This document shows, one piece after another, positions 7,033 to 14,869 of a stretch of DNA of 43,698 nucleotides. The notes beneath the pieces are model-generated. The model worked only from the letters and a program-made list of their open reading frames with translations, did not search any database and was not told the origin of the DNA. The DNA comes from a virus (taxonomy: Duplodnaviria > Caudoviricetes), in the IMG/VR virus record IMGVR_UViG_3300020181_000003, positions 1-43,698 of that record; one strand, written 5' to 3'. Both the position numbers and the translations under genes were made by a program. Position 1 is the first letter of the stretch, and every line of letters begins with the position of its first letter.

Positions 7033-7412
7033 CTCCCCTCCCTTGCTCGCTCAAGCGCGATGGAAACCTGCATGTCTTCGCCCCCGAGATCGCCAAGGAG
7101 CATCGCAGTCGACTTGCTGTTCTGCGCGATCATGCGCACCAGGCCGTCGATCTGCGCTTGCATCTCGCGACGGAGTTGAGCCTGCTCTTCCGCGCATTTG
7201 CGCTGCTGTTCGGCGAGCGCGTCCTCCAGATGGCGGATACGCTGCAGGAGGTCGCTGCGAAGGCTGGCGTCCCCTTCGTTGGCAGCCCGGCGACGTTCGG
7301 GGATCCCGCGAATCCACCAGATGATCGCGATGAGACAGAGGCCCCAACCTCCCCAGCCCTTGATGCCTTCAAGGGTCGAACGGAGATCATCCACCACCAC
7401 CGCCCGCGGCAA
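7029..7412 (-). CDS. Membrane-anchored coiled-coil lysis-module protein (start uncertain)
   Basis: N-terminal TM (GWGLCLIAIIWW) then a coiled coil; coupled to the endolysin. Confidence 0.65.
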   Translation of the reverse strand: MPRAVVVDDLRSTLEGIKGWGGWGLCLIAIIWWIRGIPERRRAANEGDASLRSDLLQRIRHLEDALAEQQRKCAEEQAQLRREMQAQIDGLVRMIAQNSKSTAMLLGDLGGEDMQVSIALERAREGR

Positions 7413-7556
7413 AGGGTTCGCATATCGACATGCGGCAGGTTACCTTTCGGGGTGATGGGGGAGTTACGGACGGGAGGCGGGGCTGATCTGTGTCAGCCAC
7501 TAGCAGGTTGGAATCGGCTCACATTCCTGTAGGCCGTCCCCAAGATTGGGGAGTGC

Positions 7557-7652
7557 GTGTTGCCGTCCGAGTTGCTGTGGTTCGTGGGCGGGTTCGTCAC
7601 CGCTACGTTGATGTTCGAAGTGTCGAGGTGGCGCTCTCGGGGGCGAGATTGA
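7557..7652 (+). CDS. Small single-TM peptide (31 aa, MLPSELLWFVGGFVTATLMFEVSRWRSRGRD)
   Basis: SD GGGGAG; hydrophobic core and basic tail; fills an intergenic gap. Confidence 0.45.
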   Translation: MLPSELLWFVGGFVTATLMFEVSRWRSRGRD

Positions 7653-7656
7653 CGCC

Positions 7657-8664
7657 TTATCTCGGCAGTTGCTTGATCCGCTCGACTGCCTCGGTCGCCG
7701 TGGTCGCCGTCAGGACGCCGGGATAATCCTTCGTCCAAGCGTCGATGTAGCCTGAAACCTTGCCGTAGGAGTTGTCGAACGCCACGTGGGGAATGTCCAA
7801 CAAGGTCGCCATGATGTGTCCGTGCAACCGGTCAGTGATGACGTGGCGCCCACGCGACAGAAGCCTGAACCCCCGATCCACCCGTTGCTCGGCAATCCGG
7901 TTATACCACGCCACGCGGCGCGCATCGGAATCGACGCCCTTCCACAGTCGATGAACGCGCCCACGTAGCCGCATCCAGCGCATTAGCTCGTCATCGTCCT
8001 TCACCCAATCCACCGCTTTCGACGATGGCAAGGACATTAGAGCAGTCGTGTCTATCTCGACTTTCTCGCTATCCGTCCGCAGGAGCATCAGCACATCGCA
8101 GGACGCCTCATGGCGCTTCTGACCGCCCATGCCGAAAGCGCCATCGGGCACCAGGTCAACATGGCAGTCGAACCGCTCTCTCGCGAGCCTATGGCTGGCA
8201 TGGTCTCGAACATACAGGTGAAAGTCGGGATGGCCGGCGACCGCGCGGGCGAAACCGCTCAGTCGCTCTTCCCCGTAGAACTTGATGGACTGTGGTAGCT
8301 GGATAAGCGGGCGGTCCCGAACGTCACGCAACAGACGTTCGCGGAAGTCCTGATGGCGGGTCCAGATGTCCCCCAGATTGCCGCCACCGTGGATGAATAC
8401 CGGCCCATCCGGCGAGGCCTTGCGAAATCGCTCCAGGTCGAAATTGCCGTGCGTTGCGACGTAATCCGGCTCTCGTCCGGTGATCTGGCGAAGAATGGCC
8501 TGCTGGCCTACCCAAATCGCGCTGTCGCCGACGTTCGCGTAGTCGGGGAAATCGACCACTGCATACCGAGAGTCAGGCCCGACATGTCGTCGGAACATGT
8601 CTGTGAGGAGGGCCTGTTGATGATCGATGACAGCAGCGTTTCTGGACAATGACAGCGTTCCCAT
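7657..8664 (-). CDS. Polysaccharide pyruvyl transferase family protein (moron)
   Basis: NVGDSAIW, HGGGNLGDIW, QLPQS, VRD..S, PD.AF, R.D.E, VITDRLHGHI, DNSYGK motifs. Confidence 0.9.
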   Translation of the reverse strand: MGTLSLSRNAAVIDHQQALLTDMFRRHVGPDSRYAVVDFPDYANVGDSAIWVGQQAILRQITGREPDYVATHGNFDLERFRKASPDGPVFIHGGGNLGDIWTRHQDFRERLLRDVRDRPLIQLPQSIKFYGEERLSGFARAVAGHPDFHLYVRDHASHRLARERFDCHVDLVPDGAFGMGGQKRHEASCDVLMLLRTDSEKVEIDTTALMSLPSSKAVDWVKDDDELMRWMRLRGRVHRLWKGVDSDARRVAWYNRIAEQRVDRGFRLLSRGRHVITDRLHGHIMATLLDIPHVAFDNSYGKVSGYIDAWTKDYPGVLTATTATEAVERIKQLPR

Positions 8665-8699
8665 AGAACGCCTCTATGCCATTGAATCCAGGGCTTCAA
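8665..8699 (-). promoter_or_regulatory. Putative moron promoter
   Basis: TTGAAG-N17-TAGAGG, 6 nt before ATG; ATTGAA/TTCAAT inverted repeat overlaps it. Confidence 0.45.
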
Positions 8700-8704
8700 T
8701 CCAC

Positions 8705-11596
8705 CTAAGTTAGTGGAATGTTCCAGCGAGCGGCCATGTCGGTGATGGCCTGCTGAACGTCGACGTCTGTTCGGGGCGTATCGTCCACAACGATCTCGTA
8801 GAAGTCGAGGCTGCACTGGACAGCAGACAATGCCGGCGGAGAGGCGTGCGCAGCGGCGCTCGCGAAGAGCCGGAAATACAGCCGCCCGAAGGTGCCGACG
8901 TCCTGCGGAGCTGCGTTCACCGCCTTCGTGAGGCTCGTATCCCAGACTGTCACAGCCGTTCCAGTGTGCCTGATGGCGAGGACCCGAGGGATAAAAGCAG
9001 GCTGCCCGCTGCCCCACGCCACGTCATTGGGTGCGGCCGTCGTCAACCCCCGTCTCACGCTAGACGCCGTGGTGCTACGGCGAACAGCCGCGATCACCCG
9101 CGCGTTCGTCGCATCGACGGTGTCACTCACTGACCAGATGAAGCCGGTATTGGCGTCGGTCGGCATGTAGGCCACGATCGCCGTGTAAGGACGGTCTGTC
9201 CCGACAAACATGGCCGATACTGCGTCCGTATCGCTTGCGGAGAAACGTGGTTCGTTTAGTGCGTTAGTGCCCGTTACATCGCGCGTAATTCGCAGAATGT
9301 CGCGTCCCACGCGTCCAGCCGGAATGCGTATGCGATTGCGCGCGGCACCTCCAGCACTCAGACTTTCTCCTGCCACTCTGCGGTTCGCGAGCGCCGTCAC
9401 TTCCGCGCCTCGTGTCACCAGTCCGGAAGAGGCATCATACCAACCGGGTCCGGTCCATGCCGCATAGGAAGGCGCGGCGGCAACAGTGAGGGTCACCTGC
9501 TTCGTGGCAGTCTGACCGGCGGAGTTGGTGCAGGTGACAGTCAAGGTCGCCGTGTAGCCGCTGTTCGTCGGCGTTCCGGTGATGAATCCGGATGTCGGCG
9601 AAAAACTCAAGCCCAACGGCAGGCCCGTCACTTTGAGCGTCTTAGGCACCAGTTGCCCGACATCGCACGCGGCATAGATGTCCAGCGCGAGCGGATCGCC
9701 CTGCGAGACGTGGATCGCATCCAGGTTGATCACGGGACCAACATTCACGGCGAATCTGGCAGGTTCGCAGGTGGACCCATCCGGCTTGTAGCCGTGCATG
9801 ACGAAGTTGAGGCGCCCCGCCTTTGTTGAGGTCGGCGCTACCGTCATCTGCCGAGTGGAAGCGTCGTATTCGACCCCTTCCGGGAACTGGAGATAGTATT
9901 CTGTGTGCGATGCCCCCGGCTCATTCTCCTCATTCATCACCGCTTGGACGTATTCTGTCACGGTCGCATCGCCCCACAGGTCCATCTTGGACGGCAGAGT
10001 GAATGTCACCGACCCTCCGAATGGCACGTCACGGTTCGGTATCCTCAAAAGGGGCGCAAAATGCTGTCGCGCCGATCTCCTCCAGACCCGGCACCAGTTG
10101 ATCGAAACAGTAGCTCCGTCAGGGTCTCCAAGCCACGCGATGCGATCGTAAGTGTCGTTGTGGAAGGTGGCGGCGAAGATGTGGTTGGTGAGATACCAGA
10201 ACTTGAGCCTTTGCAGGGCATTGGCACTCCATGCCGCGCTCTTGGTTAGGACTCCGTCGATATAGAGGCGAACTTCATCGAAGCTCTCGATCAACGTCAC
10301 GGTGTGGAAATTGCCGTCGAATATGTCCACCATTCCGGGCACGTCGTCGGTCGTGAACGTGTCGTTTCGCCAGTTATTGCGGTGCAACCAAGCCCCTTGG
10401 CTACTTCCTTCGAAATCGATTTCGTCGCTGTCCCTGCTGATTACAGGGGTTGCGGACACTGACCACAGCGTCGGATGCCATCCGACAGGGTTCGACGCTT
10501 TGGGCGAATATCGCAATCTGGCTTCGATAATAGTGTCGCCCTCGCCAGCAGCGGCAGGGAAATATCCCACGGCTCCAATCGAACCAATCATCGCGGCGAC
10601 CTGTTCGCGGCCACCCCCCTCGAAATGCTGCATCTCCTCCTCGCTGGCACGACGGGCCTGAAGGACGAGCACCCCGTTTTCGATCCGCATGTTGTCGTAG
10701 CCGACCGGGTAACCGCGGTTGCTGTCGTTGTGGCCGGTGTGCAGCGGGTCGGTGTCGTAGAGCGTGCCGAGTAGCGTATCAGATCCCCGCGCGCCGGGCA
10801 GGTAGGTTCGCGTCGTGAAATAGCGGCCACGCGGCGTGGACGGCGAGACAATATCGATGCGAGAGAAGTTGTCCCCCCAAGACAGGGTATACCCGTCATA
10901 GATCGTTCCCGCGCCACCAGCCGAGCCGACGAGCTGCCCGCCGACCGTCTGGACGGGGATGGTGACGACACTGTTGTCATACGTGGTGAGCCACTGGTCG
11001 CCGTCGCTGTAAACCATGATGCCCGTCCCGGCACCTTCAGGCTCGCCAGCCTTGCGCCCGTCCGCGAGACCCACGGGCCTGAATGGAGGAGCGTCCGCGG
11101 GGTCTGGCAGCAAGGGTCCTAGATTGCTGTCGAGATAGTAGACAGGGGCGACGATCTGCGCCGCAGATGCCGAGGCAGCACGGGCAGACGCTGATGCGGA
11201 GATGGCTTGTGCGCGGGCCTCCGCCGTAGTGCCTTCGGCAGCCGTGATTGCGGCGGTCGCAAGTGTCTCGGCGTCCGCAACGGCGGATTGAGCCTGATCC
11301 ACGAGAGGCTGAACCGCCGTCGAGACGCCGCTGAAATACCAAGTTGCTGCAACCCATGCGCCGCCTTGGCGCTGATAGACGCCATTCGCCGGATCGGAGG
11401 GAGACCCGTTGTTGGCGTAGACCACCGCTAGCGTGCCATCCGGGGCGCTAGACGCGTTCAAGGCCGACACGGTCGCGTAGGGCGTCATTCCCGCAGCTGT
11501 CGCGCCGATCCTGTTATCCAGCGTCGCGAGGAAGCTGCGGAGCGCAGGCATGTTTACGTCCTCGCCATCCCGAAGGATGGTTGCAATGTCGGCCAT
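8705..11596 (-). CDS. Tail fibre/receptor-binding protein with GH16-like, Ig-like and C-terminal lectin-like domains
   Basis: Last tail gene; GWHPTLW...DEIDFEG...FHTVTL...LYIDG GH16/ConA pattern; GLPLGLSFSPTSGFITGTP Ig (He_PIG-like) repeat. Confidence 0.8.
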   Translation of the reverse strand: MADIATILRDGEDVNMPALRSFLATLDNRIGATAAGMTPYATVSALNASSAPDGTLAVVYANNGSPSDPANGVYQRQGGAWVAATWYFSGVSTAVQPLVDQAQSAVADAETLATAAITAAEGTTAEARAQAISASASARAASASAAQIVAPVYYLDSNLGPLLPDPADAPPFRPVGLADGRKAGEPEGAGTGIMVYSDGDQWLTTYDNSVVTIPVQTVGGQLVGSAGGAGTIYDGYTLSWGDNFSRIDIVSPSTPRGRYFTTRTYLPGARGSDTLLGTLYDTDPLHTGHNDSNRGYPVGYDNMRIENGVLVLQARRASEEEMQHFEGGGREQVAAMIGSIGAVGYFPAAAGEGDTIIEARLRYSPKASNPVGWHPTLWSVSATPVISRDSDEIDFEGSSQGAWLHRNNWRNDTFTTDDVPGMVDIFDGNFHTVTLIESFDEVRLYIDGVLTKSAAWSANALQRLKFWYLTNHIFAATFHNDTYDRIAWLGDPDGATVSINWCRVWRRSARQHFAPLLRIPNRDVPFGGSVTFTLPSKMDLWGDATVTEYVQAVMNEENEPGASHTEYYLQFPEGVEYDASTRQMTVAPTSTKAGRLNFVMHGYKPDGSTCEPARFAVNVGPVINLDAIHVSQGDPLALDIYAACDVGQLVPKTLKVTGLPLGLSFSPTSGFITGTPTNSGYTATLTVTCTNSAGQTATKQVTLTVAAAPSYAAWTGPGWYDASSGLVTRGAEVTALANRRVAGESLSAGGAARNRIRIPAGRVGRDILRITRDVTGTNALNEPRFSASDTDAVSAMFVGTDRPYTAIVAYMPTDANTGFIWSVSDTVDATNARVIAAVRRSTTASSVRRGLTTAAPNDVAWGSGQPAFIPRVLAIRHTGTAVTVWDTSLTKAVNAAPQDVGTFGRLYFRLFASAAAHASPPALSAVQCSLDFYEIVVDDTPRTDVDVQQAITDMAARWNIPLT

Positions 11597-11618
11597 CAAT
11601 GTCTCCTGTGATTGCCTG

Positions 11619-13217
11619 TCAGGCGTCGGGAATGCCTGCGTTGTCGAGACGGGTTTTCAGTGCGACGATTTCCGATTGGTGCGCCGTAATCGTCTCGCTT
11701 TGCCCGCCCACCGTGATCTGAAGGCCAACAACGTCCGGGTCGGGAACCGGGTCGGCCTTGTCGATCTTTCCGGAGGTGGTCGCGCCCACTTCCTCCGAAG
11801 CGGACCACTCATACATTTCCGGGTTCTCTTCGCGGACCTGGAGAACGATGTCGAAGCTTTGGCTAAGCGACCAGCTCGCGACCGTGAAAGCATAGTTGTC
11901 GAGATTGTAGCGAGACGTGCCGAGCTGGATCGTGTCCATCGGGGCAACCCCGAGACCCATGATGTTCACCGGCCATGTGAGGGTCTGTTCGGCCTGTCCC
12001 TGATAAAGCTTGATCTTCTGAATGCGCTGGCAGCGGGCTCGGCTCTTCACGAACGGAAGGTCTAGGGACGCCTGCGCTTCATTGTCGCTCGCGATGGCCT
12101 GCGCTGGCAGCTCATCGGGTTGGTAGAGGTTGGCAGGATCGTTCCAAGTCGCCACCACCTCCGTCACCCGCTGATCACCAGCGGCAAGAAGGTCGTAGGA
12201 TATTGCCTCCGTAAGGTCGTCTTCACTGACAGTGGCTGAGACCGGCACCCAATATCCCGGCCGCGCCAGCATCAGCCCGCCGGAATAGGTGAACCGCCCT
12301 GCCATGTTCGTGACAAGCACATCGCGAACTGCGCTCGGGTCCGAACCCGTCGTCAGGAATCCGTCGAGCGCATATCGCTTTTCGGTCCCGCCGGCCTTTA
12401 GCGCCACGTCCTCGTCACAGACGTTGGCCTGCGCAGAGACCCAATCCCAATCGATTTCATCCTCATAGCAGCCGAACCCGCCCTCTGCCCGGGGAAGAGC
12501 CATCCACCAGTAGAAGGCGAGGATTGCATTGCTCGTGTAGCCGGTCGTCTCCGTGCGCGGATCGAAGATTTCGTCCGATCCTTGGATTTCCGCCGTCACA
12601 GTCGGCATTCCGGCTTCAACGACTTCCTTCGCCATCTTGAACTTGGCGTATATCTTGGCGACGCCCCTGCCGCGGTGATTGACTGTCCACTTGCCACCAC
12701 ACTCCGCCACGAAGGTCGGGTTGGCTACGGCATCGTAACTCCCCCGCTCGAACCAAAGCCATGCGTTCCCGGCATAGGGGCCGCTCGTCACTTCTCCGGT
12801 GGCAGGATTCACCGTGACTTGATCGTCGCCTAGAAACCACTTCGTGAGGCTGTGGCAACGATGCCCGGCGACCGTCCAGACGAAGTAGCGGTAATGCGTG
12901 TCCCCGTCTTTGCGCGGGTGGAAGAATGTGAGCTTCGCGCCGACGCGGCATTTGCCGATGATGATTGTGCTATCGTTGAGCGACTGCTTGACATTTAGAG
13001 GTAGGCTGCCGGGAGCGGTGGGCTTGCCTTGGAAGGCAGTCATCAGAAGGCCAGCGCCCAGTGTGAAAATAGAAGCGCCTATCCCGCCCACCACGGCGGC
13101 AGTGAGGCCGGTCAGACCCAAAGCTCCAGCGATCGAGAGCCCCCCGGTTGGCGCCGCGAGAGCCAATGCTACCGCGCCAATACCGATGGAGGCGACAGCT
13201 TTCAGAACCTTTCCGAT
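11619..13217 (-). CDS. Tail tip/central tail (host-specificity J-like) protein; probable ATC start
   Basis: Position, size and sequence character; AGGAGG-N5-ATC GGA AAG GTT in frame. Confidence 0.8.
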   Translation of the reverse strand: MGKVLKAVASIGIGAVALALAAPTGGLSIAGALGLTGLTAAVVGGIGASIFTLGAGLLMTAFQGKPTAPGSLPLNVKQSLNDSTIIIGKCRVGAKLTFFHPRKDGDTHYRYFVWTVAGHRCHSLTKWFLGDDQVTVNPATGEVTSGPYAGNAWLWFERGSYDAVANPTFVAECGGKWTVNHRGRGVAKIYAKFKMAKEVVEAGMPTVTAEIQGSDEIFDPRTETTGYTSNAILAFYWWMALPRAEGGFGCYEDEIDWDWVSAQANVCDEDVALKAGGTEKRYALDGFLTTGSDPSAVRDVLVTNMAGRFTYSGGLMLARPGYWVPVSATVSEDDLTEAISYDLLAAGDQRVTEVVATWNDPANLYQPDELPAQAIASDNEAQASLDLPFVKSRARCQRIQKIKLYQGQAEQTLTWPVNIMGLGVAPMDTIQLGTSRYNLDNYAFTVASWSLSQSFDIVLQVREENPEMYEWSASEEVGATTSGKIDKADPVPDPDVVGLQITVGGQSETITAHQSEIVALKTRLDNAGIPDA

Positions 13218-13233
13218 TGCCGCCTCCTGATAT

Positions 13234-13563
13234 TCAGCGAACGCACCAAGCTTGGTCGGCGTCGCGCATCGGCACCGTCACGCCACCCCAGAACTCAGCC
13301 AGATCTCCGCGACATATCCCGAGCGCCCACTTATGCCGGACCACATCGCCTCGCATCGCCTGCCGTAGCGCGATCGGCTGGCCCATTGCTGCCGTCACCA
13401 CTCCGCCCAGGTCCTTCACGCCAAGCCGGCGCATCATTGCCGCGAACTCGCGAGGCCGGCGCGGCATAGGTCCGATGACATCGCAGACGTCCTGGCCTGT
13501 CGCGGCAAGCACATGCTCCCGCCATAGGTCGCCACAGTGGCGGCTCCAGTCGGGATCGGTCAC
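13234..13563 (-). CDS. NlpC/P60-like small tail assembly protein
   Basis: HCG..W...ATGQD and A.RGDVV...ALGIC motifs; GTGA coupling. Confidence 0.65.
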   Translation of the reverse strand: MTDPDWSRHCGDLWREHVLAATGQDVCDVIGPMPRRPREFAAMMRRLGVKDLGGVVTAAMGQPIALRQAMRGDVVRHKWALGICRGDLAEFWGGVTVPMRDADQAWCVR

Positions 13564-14165
13564 AGAACCGCGTCTTGGCTCGCCTTCCCCCAAAGGACGG
13601 GGATCTCAGCCATTTGTCCCTGATATTCGAAGAAGCGGTCCCCCGGATATTTCGCCTGCTGATAGGCGTCCGTGTATCGGCGGATTGTCGGGCGCCGTTG
13701 GTCGATCATCCGGCTTTCGCCAATTGCTTCAACGCTCAGGTCGTTGCCGCCGTCGATAATCCTGTATGCGTCGAGCTTGGCCTTCGTCAGCAGCTTGTAG
13801 GCAACGACCTTCTGGTGAGTTTCGTCCAGAGCGCCAACGTAGATTTCGAACAGCACTCCCCTGACAGCCTGGTCAACCAGATCGTCGCGATACTCAGGCG
13901 GGATGCCGACCAGCGTGCATTTGATGCCCGTTGCCGAGCCGTCCGTCCCCTCGCCTATCGTGTCGATCGATCCGATGCCGGCCGGATTACCCTCAGTGTC
14001 TACGCCTCCAATGCCGATCCACTCAGCGTCCGCAAAGCCGATCGTCCCAAGCCCGGTCCAAATCCAAACAGGGTCAGGAAAGGCGATGTGCACAGCAAGA
14101 AAAGGTCGGACAACCGGCTTCGCAATCTCTGCGGAAAGAGTGGCGGGAAGCGGGCGAACAGCCAT
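13560..14165 (-). CDS. Minor tail (hub) protein
   Basis: Synteny; RRYTDAYQQAKYPGDRFFEY...WG motif. Confidence 0.8.
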   Translation of the reverse strand: MAVRPLPATLSAEIAKPVVRPFLAVHIAFPDPVWIWTGLGTIGFADAEWIGIGGVDTEGNPAGIGSIDTIGEGTDGSATGIKCTLVGIPPEYRDDLVDQAVRGVLFEIYVGALDETHQKVVAYKLLTKAKLDAYRIIDGGNDLSVEAIGESRMIDQRRPTIRRYTDAYQQAKYPGDRFFEYQGQMAEIPVLWGKASQDAVL

Positions 14166-14869
14166 CAGCCCAAGTCCTCCACGAAATCGAGCGTGTATTC
14201 GGTCAGCTCGCCCACCGTGGTCTCATTCTGCCCTGCATCATCCGACGCGAGCGTAAACCAGCTTGTCGGCTGCAACGTCTTTGCCATGCCGGGCAGCACG
14301 TCCACCTCTAAGGGCGGAAGGAACCGGAGCTTAGCCCGCCCGTCCTGATCAGCCACGACTTCGGGCCTGAGGACAATATGCGCGCGCCCGTCTCCGCCGA
14401 TGTAGTCCCCTGTCAGGAATACCTTCTCGCCAGGCAGGAAGCCCACGAACGTCATTTCGGTAGCACCAGCCGGAGCGAACTCGTTTGTGGGCTCGGCTTC
14501 GGCGGGCAGATGAAAGTGCTCGCCAAGCTGAAACGTCTCGCCACCGAGAAACGAATAGCGCTGGCCGGCAAACTGTCGATAGTAACGCTTCAACCCGACC
14601 GGATAGGGTCGCCGGAAGTCCCAGAGCGCGACCCGGTTGGCCCCGCCTTTCATCTCCGCAATGAATGCGTCAAGCTCCCCTCCCCAAGCACCGACGCCCG
14701 TTTCGCCATTGTAGCCGGTTCGAAAGGTCAGGCGACAGACGAACCGCGGCTTGGCAAGGTCGTAGACCTTCTGCTTGCGGGTGAAGGGGCTGACCTTCCT
14801 GTCATTGTAGGGCTGGAGGTAGAACATCGCCCGATACGGGTAGATTTCAGGCCAGATCAGGTCGGCCAT
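14165..14869 (-). CDS. Distal tail protein
   Basis: Directly after the tape measure gene; SPFT...Q and C-terminal FVEDL. Confidence 0.75.
   Translation of the reverse strand: MADLIWPEIYPYRAMFYLQPYNDRKVSPFTRKQKVYDLAKPRFVCRLTFRTGYNGETGVGAWGGELDAFIAEMKGGANRVALWDFRRPYPVGLKRYYRQFAGQRYSFLGGETFQLGEHFHLPAEAEPTNEFAPAGATEMTFVGFLPGEKVFLTGDYIGGDGRAHIVLRPEVVADQDGRAKLRFLPPLEVDVLPGMAKTLQPTSWFTLASDDAGQNETTVGELTEYTLDFVEDLG

Noticed and set aside
8705-11596. Diversity-generating retroelement or invertible tail-fibre cassette
   Set aside because: No reverse transcriptase, invertase or duplicated template region seen
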